The notes below the pieces were generated by a model. It was not told the origin of the DNA, made no database searches, and worked only from the letters and a program-made list of their open reading frames with translations. Shown one piece after another: positions 11,032 through 20,883 of a stretch of DNA of 64,000 nucleotides (position 1 is its first letter; every line of letters begins with the position of its first letter). The DNA is from Felis catus (lineage: Eukaryota), in the NCBI RefSeq assembly GCF_018350175.1, contig NC_058383.1:18602001-18666000 (forward strand), in the 5' to 3' direction. The translations under genes and the position numbers were made by a program.

Positions 11032-14000
11032 ATGGGCCAGATGGCAGGCGACCTTGGCTGGCGTGAGTTTGAGGCCAGGGCCGGGGGGCGGAGGGGGTGG
11101 CAAGCTTGGCTGAGACTGGGCAGGGGGTGGGAGGGCTTGACTGGTGTGGATGGGGGCCGGGGGCCGAGGGACAGCTACTGGGTCAAGACTAAGGATACAG
11201 GATACAGTCGACCGGAGGATAGGAATGAGGCTGGCGTGAATGAGGGTGATGGTTTGATCAGGGCTGGGCAGCAGATGGGAAGCCTTGACCGGCCCGGATG
11301 GGGAGAGGCGGGCAGCCAGTTTGACCAGGACCAGGACCAGGAGTTTGGCTGGAGCGGCTGAGCGGGGATGGGACAGTTTGGCTGAGAACTGGGGCTGGGA
11401 GAGGAAGAAGGGCGGGAGGAGTGGGCTGGAGTGTGGGGCGGGGGCCAAGGCGGCGGCGGCCTAACTGGGTCAAGGGTCTATAGCTTGGAAGGAGGTCCAA
11501 TCCACAGTGGGCGACTCAAGGACACAGAGACACAGAAGGAAGAGCAGATGGTAGCGCCATAGTAGGGACCAAGGGCTGGAGAACGGGTAGAGAGCCAGAG
11601 CCAAGGAGCTGGGATTGAGTGCAGAGCGTAGGGAGAAGCCAAGGGAAGGGTCTGGGGTCCCAGAGCTCAGACAGGAAGCCCTAGGAAGTGGCCCAGCTCG
11701 ATTTGGGGTGGCAATATCCACCAGAGCCTGGGGTACTCACTTTCCCTCAACACAGAGCTGAGAAGAACCCCACTCTGCCTGAAGTCCCTGGGATGTGGTC
11801 CCTAAACCAGGGAGCCTGGATGCTAGGGGTCCCAGGGACCACCCACCACCTCTAGAAGTACACTGGCCGGTGAAGGACCCAGAAGCTCTCCTTCACCTTT
11901 ACGTACAGGACATTTCGGGAAGCAGAGCCCAGGGGTTAGAAATCAAGAATGGACAAGGGAGAAGCATGGAGAGGAGGGTGAGCGGGAACAGGCAGACTTA
12001 CAGCTTAGTTTTGGTTTGTGTTTCGAGGAGAATTGTGTAACTCCATGATTGCTAGATTTCCTCTCCCTGATGGAGAAACCACCGAACCCTGGCCTCTTCC
12101 CAGACCCCCCCACCCTAGGGCCCCTCTCTCTTCTGTCCAGGAAACATAGGCCAGAAATACTTTCAGAAACCAGCTGGCCTGACTACCCCATTTTACGGAT
12201 GGGAACCTGAGGCACAGAGATAAGAGGCGACTCATCTCATCCAGGGAAGGACCTGGACGAGAAACAGAGGTTATGCCTCCCATCCCAGGCCCCCTTCCTC
12301 CCCCTGGCACCCCCTGTTCTTCTGACACTGCAGAGTGACCCATCGGCCTCGGTGGTGGCTGGACCAATCTGTCCTTCTGACTCTCCGAGGTAGAGTCTCC
12401 AGCACTGCCCGCCCACCCCTGGGGCTCCAGTTCAGGCCGTCAGAGCCGCCTGGCTAAGCCCCAGGAATCTTCGGCAGAACAGAGTGCCCACTCCAGGGGA
12501 GGCGGCCGCCTCGTCTGAGTTCCCTGCGGGGGAAGCACGCAGGCTCTGCATTTGGGCAGATCTGGAATCCAGTCCTGGCTCCCTCCCCGTCTCGCCACGC
12601 CACCCTGGGCTAGTCAGCCTCACATTTTCCTCATCTGCAAAACGCACGGATGATAGCCCCCAGGCTGCCACATACCGTTGAGCGGTTGGTCCACCGAAAA
12701 AGACACTTAGCCAAGGGAGTTAGTGAGGGGCCGAGATGGAGCCTGAGATCTGCTTGCAAATGTGGGCCTTCTGTGCAAGGCCGTGTCCGCCTCGGAGAAG
12801 GGGTACCTTCCTTTCGTTCAGACAGAGATGCCGTATGGTGTCCTCGATAGCTTCCGTGTCATTAGTGGCCTTGCGGGGTCAGCAAAATGCCACACAGGCT
12901 TTGCCTACAGCACAGGCTCAGAAGGGGCATGTTGAGTTCTTCTCGAGCTTTCCCCCCACCTGGCCCACCATCTCCCCCCTCTCTCCAGGGCTCAGCCTCT
13001 TGTTGCTGTCCTTGCTCCTGGCTCGTGCTGGTGTTTGGGGATTCCCGAGGCCGCCAGGGAGGCCCCCCCTGAGCCTGCAGGAGCTGCGGAGGGAGTTCAA
13101 GGTCAGCCTGCACCTCGCCAGGAAGCTGTTCTCCGAGGTTCGGACCCAGGCCCACCGCTTTGTGAGTCTCTTTCTGATGCAGCTGGCTTTGGGGACGGGC
13201 GAATCCCCAATCCCTCTGCCCCCCCCCCCACTAACAGATCTTGCCCCACAGGCTGAATCTCACCTGCCAGGAGTGAGCCTGGACCTCCTGCCCCTGGGAG
13301 ATCGGCTCCCCAATGTCTCCCTGACCTTCCAGGCCTGGCACAGCCTCTCTGTGAGTCGGGGGCCGGTGGGGTGGGGCAGGAGAGCTGGCAGCAAGGCTGG
13401 GCCGGGTGGATGGTGATGAAGTCAGGGGATTGAATGGGAAATGGATTTGGAGATGAATGGAGGAATTGGATCCGGATGAGGCTTGGCATGTCGCCGGATA
13501 TAAAGATCCAGCTGGAATAAAGAAGTCATGTCAGAACGAGACTGCACATACGGAGGAGGGATGGCGTGGGATTAGTGTGGGAAGGAGGTTGGAGACAGGA
13601 TAAAAACACAAGTGAAGCCATGGACGTGAAACGGAGGGGGGGGGCGCCTGGGTGGCTCAGCCGGTTAAGCGTCCAACTCTTGATCTCGGCTCAGGTCACG
13701 ACCTCACGGTTTCTGAGATCGAGCCTCCAGTCTGCTGTTAGCACAGAGTCTGCTTAGGGTTCCCTCTCCCTCTCTCTCTCTGTCCCTCCCTCCCCCCCTC
13801 CTCAAAATAAACTTAAAAAAAAAACAAAAAGGAAAGGAACATGAAAAGGGATGGTAGGGAAGAGGATAGAGTGGGGTTGTGGAGAGAGAGTGATAGGACA
13901 GTGGAGATGGGCTTAGGTTTGATCCTCAGCCAAGCCTTTCCTGACCCCCTCCCTTCCCTCCCGCAGGACCCAGAACGACTCTGCTTCCTCTTCATGACAC

Positions 14001-14254
14001 TTCGCCCCTTCCATGCCCTGTTGGGAAGCCTGGGAAGCCAGGGGGGCTGGACGAGCTCAGAGAAGATAGACCTATGGACCATGAGGTTGGACCTCCGGGA
14101 TTTGCAGCGGCATCTCCACTTCCAGGTAGAGTGTTCACCCCCCTCCCGCACTCCCAGAGACCAACACATAACATTGAGGCTCACGGGCCCCCTTTTTCAA
14201 ACACTCCCTGCCCGCAGGTTGGGTAAGTTTGGAAGGAGCTGCTGTAGATCCTCT

Positions 14255-14298
<44 letters not shown>

Positions 14299-15013
14299 AG
14301 GCCCTGGCTCTGCCCCCCTGAATCTCTGCCTCCTCTTGATGTCTTGATCCAAACAGCTCTGAAGCACCTGGAACAGCTGCTGGCATCAGCAGGCCCTACA
14401 GCAAAGCTCGGTCCCTTCTCCCTTAGCCCCTAACGTCACCAGATCCTCCCGAATATCTCCGGACCCCCAAATGACCCTCGAGAGGAGAACTTCGGGCATC
14501 CCACACGCCCAGGGCGATCCTGGGATGGTGTGCCCGCCCCGGGCGCGGCATCTGGCTCGGTGACTTCCATTTTCTCGAATCAAAAAATCAGGCAGGACAC
14601 GTGAGACGATGACATAATGGAAGGTCTAGAGTAGGGGCTGTCCAGGGAAATCATGACCTCGTGGCGTCTGATGTCATTCTCTTACCACTGGGCACCTAAC
14701 GGAACAAGGGTTTGCTCGGGGTCTCCGCTTGGCCGCTGTCTGACCCGTGGGCCTCTCCTCACAGGTGCTGGCTGCGGGACTCAACCTCCCCGAGGAGGAA
14801 GATGACGAGGAGAGGAAGGAGCCGCTCCCAGGGGCTCCGAGTGGCCTCTCACGGGTGTCAGGGCAGCCGTCCTGGCCCCAGCTCCTCTATACCTACCAGC
14901 TGCTGCACTCCTTGGAGCTCGTCTTAGCTCGGGCCGTCAGGGACTTGCTCTTACTCTCCCAAGCCGGAAACCCAGCCCCGGCCTCGGGGTCCTCATTCGG
15001 CTCCCGGCCCTGA
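11032..15013 (+). CDS. IL27: Interleukin-27 subunit alpha (p28), 236 aa; join(11032..11062,12989..13161,13252..13350,13967..14125,14765..15013)
   Basis: The spliced translation MGQMAGDLGWRLSLLLLSLLLARAGVWGFPRPP...RREFKVSLHLARKLFSEV...DPERLCF...LRDLQRHLHFQVLAAG...WPQLLYTYQLLHSLELVLARAVRDLLLLSQAG matches IL-27 p28. All four introns are GT-AG, phases are consistent, and the start has a GCCATGG Kozak context. Confidence 0.97.
13641..13830 (+). mobile_element. CAN-SINE in IL27 intron 3
   Basis: GGGGCGCCTGGGTGGCTCAG head, CT block and A tail. Confidence 0.88.
14256..14297. repeat. (TG)n microsatellite in IL27 intron 4
   Basis: About 20 uninterrupted TG units. Confidence 0.95.
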
Positions 15014-15168
15014 TGGGGTGACCGCTCAGCCCCTTCCCTTCGCCCTTCATTCAGTTCGGGCCAACGGGACAGCCTCCAGCTCGTCTGCCTTAAACAGGGC
15101 AGGACTCCACCGGCCCCCCACCCCAACCCCCACCCAATAACTTAAGGCCCCTCCAGGCCCTGCCGGAT

Positions 15169-15278
15169 ATTTATTTCTTGGATATTTATTTATTGTTTAG
15201 GAAAATGATGGTTTATTTATTGTTTCAGAGCCGGCTAGTTGTCCCCGGGCTAGGCCACCGTGCGGGGTGCCGAATAAA
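15169..15278 (+). promoter_or_regulatory. IL27: IL27 3'UTR AU-rich elements and poly(A) signal
   Basis: ATTTA at 15169; TTATTTATT nonamers at 15186-15194 and 15213-15221; AATAAA at 15273-15278. Confidence 0.8.
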
Positions 15279-15978
15279 GCACTGTCATCCTCTCTCAGCC
15301 TCGGCTTCTTTTCCCAGAAGGGGTGCCTGACGCCAAAGGACAAAAGGGTCTGGGGGGGGGGTCTGTAGTCTCTGGCCGCCCTGGACCCCTCTCTGCTCCT
15401 AAATTTCGGGGGCTCGCGGCCCACCTTCCCCCAGACTGGCTTGCTGGGCTGGTGGCTGCCACAGTAACCTGCAGAGCCGTGAGTTTTTCAAACTCAAGGC
15501 CACTGATCCGTCTCCCATCAACCTCTGGTTGCAGATGGAGGTCCAGAGGGCCTCCTGACCCCTCTCCTCCAGGCTAGCGCCCACCCCCGCCGAGCTGTGG
15601 GTTCCCACTGCACTGCCCTCTGGAGGCCTGGGTGGGGACCGGAGAGGTCGGGGAGGGAAGGCCGTGAGGAGAACTGTCCCGTCCCCTCGGTCCTGCAGAC
15701 AGCAGAGATGCGCCGGAGGCGTGATCAGGACAGGCCGTGAGGGGCGCGCTCCCAGCGGGCCAGGGGTTGGGGGGGGGGGGCGTGTCCATCAGCCACATTG
15801 CAGTCAGACTCCTCCAGTTCACGCTTCTCTGTCTGCTCCGAGCTTGACACAGCAAGAAACCAAGGCCCAGAGGGTGGAAAAGGGTGTGTCCAAAGTGGCG
15901 GAGGGAGATAGGCCAAGCAGGATTTGGCGGATCCTTCTGACGCTCATTCAGGGCCCGGCTCCCAGGGGCTCCGGGCGC

Positions 15979-18900
15979 TCACTGGGGTTTGGGCCGGCCC
16001 AGTCGGGCCTGCAGTTCCTGCATCATGCCGGGGTGGGCAAGGCCAAACCTGCAGGTGGAGACGGGCTGTGAGAGCTGGTCTCCACGTGTCCACAGCCTCC
16101 TCCCCACCCCGGCCGAGCCACGTCGCCCTCTGCTTACCCGTGTCCCAGGGGCCTTCTCCTGGCTGGCAGTGGGGTCCCTTCAGGCTTTGGGGGGCTTGCC
16201 TCCGGGGGTTCCTCTGGCCGGAGAAGTCTCTGCTCGGGGGCTGACGGCTCTTCCTCAGGGGGGGGGCTGGGAGGCTCCTCCTGCCGCTCAGGGGCGGGGG
16301 TCCGTCGGAAAGAGGGCCGGGAGCGACGCTGCGAGGAGCTTCGAGACAGGAGTACACGGCTCCGCGAGACAGAGACGTCCAGGCGAGACCCAGGAAGCAG
16401 GGCCTGCAGGGACAGGGGCACCGAGTACCAAGGGGCTGGCTTCGATATTCTGCTCTGTCCAGCCCCGGACCCTGGCTGGAGCCCTCACCTCACTCCAGCT
16501 GCCGTGAGCATCCCCTCCGGTACTTGCTGCCGTCTCCCCACGTGGCCCAGGCTCCTGGTATGTTGACTGGTCCTCCTGGCCCTGGATGTCCTCCGGGCCT
16601 TCTGGAACAATCTCCCCGGCCTCTGCCCTCTGGTCTTCAGTCACCTCAACACCCTCCACGTCGAGGGGCCTCTGTGCCTCTTCCTCAGGGTGGAGGTCCC
16701 CACGCTGCCCCTCACCGCCTTGCCCCTGCTCCTTTAACCGCCATCCCGCAGCCTCCTGTTCCCACGGCGGCGTCTGCCCTCCTGGGAGCCCCTCGGCCTC
16801 TACCGTGGTGGCCGTGGCGCCCTCTGCCCTCGCCACCTGGGAACCCCAGGTAAAGCTGTCCGTCCCACAGCTTCCCTCTGCCACTGCAGATTCCTTGACC
16901 TCTGCGCACTCTCCCCAGGGCTCACCGTCTCCGGCCTCAAAAGCCTCTTCTGGGCCCCCTCTGCTATTTACCTCCATGTCTGCTGAGCCCTCCGGGCCAA
17001 ACTCTGGCCCCCCTCGGGTTTTTTCCCACGCAGCCTCCACCAGCTCCTCTCCTCCCCCAGCCTCCTGCCTCCCTTCTGATTCCCAAGCTTCCCCAGCCTC
17101 TCTTTTGGGCCCTCCCCCAGGCACAGCAGCCCTCCCATCGGCCTTGTCCCCCGCTATCTCAGCGGCCAAAGACCTGACCCCTGTGTCCTCGCCGTCCTGG
17201 AGGCTCAGAGCCGCCTCCTCCAGCCCCCAGACTCCGCTGGATGTCGTGTCTGCCCTGCAGGGCACCGTGGCCTCTGCCTCCTCATCCTCGGTGCCTCGGG
17301 CATCTGACTCCCCCAGTGCCCGACCTGCCCCTGCCCCTGCGCTGAACCTTCCACCTGGCTCCTGGCTCTGTGCTCCGCGGGCCTCTCCCTCCTCTGCTCC
17401 ACACCCTGCTTCCTCGGCTTTCTTCCACTCCCCACCTGCCTCCAGGACATCTGGGAGCGCAGACTCTTGGCCTCCCTCGGCCTCCTCGGCCTCCTCTGAT
17501 GCCTGGCTTCCTACAGCCTCCTCCTCCCCCTCTTCAGCACCTGCTTTTTCTTTGTGGGAATCCCCTCCCTCCAAGTCCCTCCTCTGGGCTTCAGTCCCAG
17601 AGGCACCAGGCTTTCCATACCCCAGGTTTCTGGGGTATTCCTCCGGGCTCCTTTCTGTCTCCTCTTTGTTCAGGGCTGGGATGCCCCGGGGCTCTTCCTC
17701 TTCCCCCAGTCCTTCCTCAGGCTGCTCTGTTGGGGTCTGGGGGGCGGCCATCAGCTCAGGGTCCTGGCCTTCGGTGACCTCGTGCTCAAGGCCACTGCCC
17801 TCCAACGCCAGCCCTTCTCCACCTGTCCGAGCCTCCCCCTCGCTCTTCTCCCCCCTGCACTCCTTCTCAAGGCTGGCCTCCGGGGCTGCCTCCAAGCCAG
17901 CATCGCCTTCAGCCTCGTTTGCCACTTTGTTCTTGGGCAACTCAGCCTCGGCGATCCAGCAACTCTCTCCCTCCTCTTTGGCCTTCTCTGCCTGCACCAC
18001 CTCCTCCAGACCAAGGGCAACAGTCCTGTTCACCGAGGCTTGCCTCCCCTCGGCCTCTTCCCCGTCCCGATCTGCCTGGACCTCAAACCCCTCTCCCTCC
18101 CCCTCTGACCCCTGGCCTCCTGCAGGCTCCCTCCCTGCCAGCTGGTCCTTCACTGCTTCCTCCACACCCTCAGTTCCTAGAGCCTGGCTCTGTTTGGGGG
18201 AAACGCTGATCTCAGCCTTTCTCTTCTCATCCACCTCCTCCTCCTGGTCTTCCCTGGTGGCCTCCTCTATTGCCCAGGTCCTCCCAGTGCCCTCTGAGAT
18301 CCTTTCTCCGGAGACGACTCCCCCATATTCTGGCTCCCTGGCTCCCGAGAGGTTACCTTCCTTCCCAACTGAGGTTGTCCCGGCCTCTGCCCTGCCTAAA
18401 GTTATCCCAGCCTCCTCCTCCCTGCCTGAGGTTGTCCCGGCCTCCTCCTCCCTGCCTGAGGTTGTCCCGGCTTCCTCCTCTCCCCCTGAGGTTGTCCCAG
18501 CCTCTTCCTCCCTGCCTGAGGCTGTCCCAGCCTCCTCCTTTCCCCCTGAGGTTGTCCCGGCCTCCTCCTCCCTGCCTGAGGTTGTCTCTGCCTCCTCCTC
18601 CTCCTCCCTGTCTGAGGTTGTCCTGGCCTCCTCCTCTCCTGCTGAGGTTGTCCCAGCCTCTTCCTCCCTGCCTGAGGCTGTCCCAGCCTCCTCCTCTCCC
18701 CCTGATGTTGTCCCAGCCTCCTCCTCCCTGCCTGAGGTTGTCTCTGCCTCCTCCTCCTCCCTGTCTGAGGTTGTCCCGGCCTCCTCCTCTCCCCCTGATG
18801 TTGTCCCGGCCTCCTCCTCCCTACCTGAGGTTGTCCCACCCTCCTTCTCCCTGTCTGAGGTTGTCTCTGCCTCCTCCTCCTCCCTGTCTGAGGTTGTCCT

Positions 18901-20474
18901 GGCCTCCTCCTCTCCCCCTGAGGTTGTCCCAGCCTCTTCCTCCCTGCTTGAGGCTGTCCCAGCCTCCTCCTCTCCCCCTGAGGTTGTCCCGGCCTCCTCC
19001 TCCCTACCTGAGGTTGTCCCAGCCTCCTCCTCCCTGCCTGAGGTTGTCTCTGCCTCCTCCTCCTCCCTGTCTGAGGTTGTCCCGGCCTCCTCCTCTCCCC
19101 CTGAGGTTGTCCCGGCCTCCTCCTCCCTGCCTAAGGTTGTCCCGGCCTCCTCCTCACTGCCTGAGGTTGTCCCAGCCTCCTTCTCCCTGCCTGAGGTTGT
19201 CCCGGCCTCCTCCTCCCTGCCTGAGGTTGTCCTGGCCTCCTCCTCTCCACCTGAGGTTGTCTCTGCCTCCTCCCTGCCTGAGGCTGTCCTGGCCTCCTCC
19301 TCCCTGCCTGAGGTTGTCCCAGCCTCAGATTCTGTCCCTGACTCCCGTGTTTTCTCTACCCTTGTGCTTTGGCTACCCCTTAGGACCACCATCACCTCTC
19401 CTTCCTTCCCAGCCTCTTTGGCCCTAGGCGCCTGGATCTCCTCTGCAACTGCCTCCTTGAACACCTGCTCTAATGACTCCCTGCTGTCCCCTGCTACCTT
19501 CCCCTCGGGCTCCCTCTGCCAGGTCCACTCTGACTCCGCCTTTCCGGCCACCCCTGGTTTCCCTTCCCTGATCTCTTCCGCCTCCTCCTCCCGTTCCCAG
19601 GTTCTCCGTGTCTCCTCTCTGTTCACTTCCTGCTCATTGGGCCCTCGACTCTCCTGGGTTTGGCTGCCGTTGCCTCGACCAGCCTTAGACCCTGCCTCAA
19701 ACGTCTTTTTGGCCTCTAAGTGGGCACTTGGCTCCTGGCACCTGGCAGCCCTGGCTGCTTCCCAGGCCCCAGTGAGCTGCCTGTTTGCTTGAGACCCATG
19801 GGAGCTGCCTTCTTCCCAATCCCAGGTCTGTTTTGTAGCTGAACCTCCCTCCTGGTACCTTCCAGCCTCTCTAGGCTCTCTCAGCCCTCCACCCTCCTTG
19901 CTTTGGCTGCCTCCAAGGCCCTCAAGGGCCTCCTGGGCTCCCTTCTCTTCAGTCTCCTCTGGCCTTCCTGCAGCCACCTCCCCCAGTTCCTCAGCTGCCC
20001 TTGCCTCCCTCCTCTCTACAGTGGGGACCTCATCGCCCATCAGGTAGGAGACAAAGGTGCTGAGGGAATCCTGGAAGAGAAGGGGCAGGGGGACAAAGGC
20101 ATTAAGGGGAGATCCAGCCTTCTTAGAACTGTTTAGGATGGGACCCTGCCCCAGAGGAACTCAGACACAGAAGAGGGGTTCTGGGATCTGGAAGGAGAAA
20201 GAGAACTGTATCTGCAGAAGGAAAAGCAAAGGGCTAGATTAGGGGTAGGGATGTATCTGTGGAGGTGGGGTATTGAAATCCAGAAACAATCAGGCTAGGA
20301 GGCTACCTGATCCTGGGAGAGGAATCTCAAGTCTTGAGGACAGTCTCAAAGGGTGGAGGGAAGGGGGGGCCCCAGGGAGCAGGGCGAAAGTCTCTGGCAT
20401 CTCCTTGCCCCTCTCACCAATGCCCCCCTCAAGGCCTGATGCAGCCCAGGGAGATGGAGCCGGAGGAAATCCAT
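15979..20474 (-). CDS. APOBR: Apolipoprotein B receptor, about 1324 aa; complement(join(15979..16048,16138..16403,16489..20070,20418..20474))
   Basis: The N-terminus MDFLRLHLPGLHQALRGAL|DSLSTFVSYLMGDEVPTVE and C-terminus ALLPGSRLDVSV...RRRPLGHG|FGLAHPGMMQELQARLGRPKPQ match APOBR. Exon 2 is a giant (3582 nt) Glu/Gly/Ala-rich exon. Introns are GT-AG with consistent phase, and the gene lies between IL27 and CLN3 as expected. Confidence 0.95.
18358..19326 (-). repeat. Coding minisatellite in APOBR exon 2, ~32 units of 27-36 bp (consensus GTTSGREEEA)
   Basis: Tandem units such as CCTCCTCCTCCCTGCCTGAGGTTGTCCCGG on the + strand; all unit lengths are multiples of 3. Confidence 0.95.
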
Positions 20475-20558
20475 CCTGTCTGTCTCTGTGTGTCCAGAAA
20501 GCCGACAAATGACCGTCCCCACCCACTGAGACAAGCCAGTCTTCCCCGGGGCCCAGGA

Positions 20559-20883
20559 CACTTCCTCTTCCCCTAAGTCTGCCTGACGCATCCCCTCCCC
20601 AGGCCCTGCCCACCCTCTGCGGTGCCCACAGCAGCTTCCAGTCCTGGCTGGGAAATCGGTGTGCATCACCTGGGGGGACTCAGGTGCATAGTTGGAGCTG
20701 AAGGGCAAGGGAAGGGAGGCCATAAAGAAAAACGTAGGAGCAGGAGACCTCAGAATTGGGGAGGGGGGAGGGGGCCGTGGCAACTGCAGCCTAAATGACT
20801 CAGGTCTTGTATTCACACCTCAGCCATTTCCGTCTCCCCCACAAGCCACAGCCACTCTGTGAGAGGAAGCTGGGGTTTGTGGT
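20559..20883 (-). promoter_or_regulatory. APOBR: APOBR proximal promoter with myeloid-type motifs
   Basis: PU.1 box AAGAGGAAGTG on the - strand (20559-20569), about 85 nt upstream of the ATG; AP-1 TGACTCA at 20796-20802; RUNX TGTGGT at 20878-20883. No TATA box seen. Confidence 0.55.

Noticed and set aside
12736..12988. N-terminal extension of the 226-aa ORF over IL27 exon 2
   Set aside because: Intronic. The signal peptide begins in exon 1 at 11032 and splices to 12989.
18358..19326. CRISPR-like regularly spaced repeats
   Set aside because: No unique spacers and no cas genes; this is a eukaryotic coding minisatellite.
16586..19792. 1068-aa Ser/Pro/Ala-rich ORF antisense to APOBR exon 2 (also the 385-aa ORF at 18270-19427)
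   Set aside because: Shadow frame. A stop here needs APOBR codons starting TA, or CA after T, which are rare in a Glu/Gly/Ala-rich repetitive exon. There is no promoter, splice or homology support.
16288..20040. 1250-aa ORF taken as the whole APOBR protein
   Set aside because: It is exon 2 read past its donor at 16489. The true start is in exon 1 (20474) and the C-terminus is in exons 3-4.
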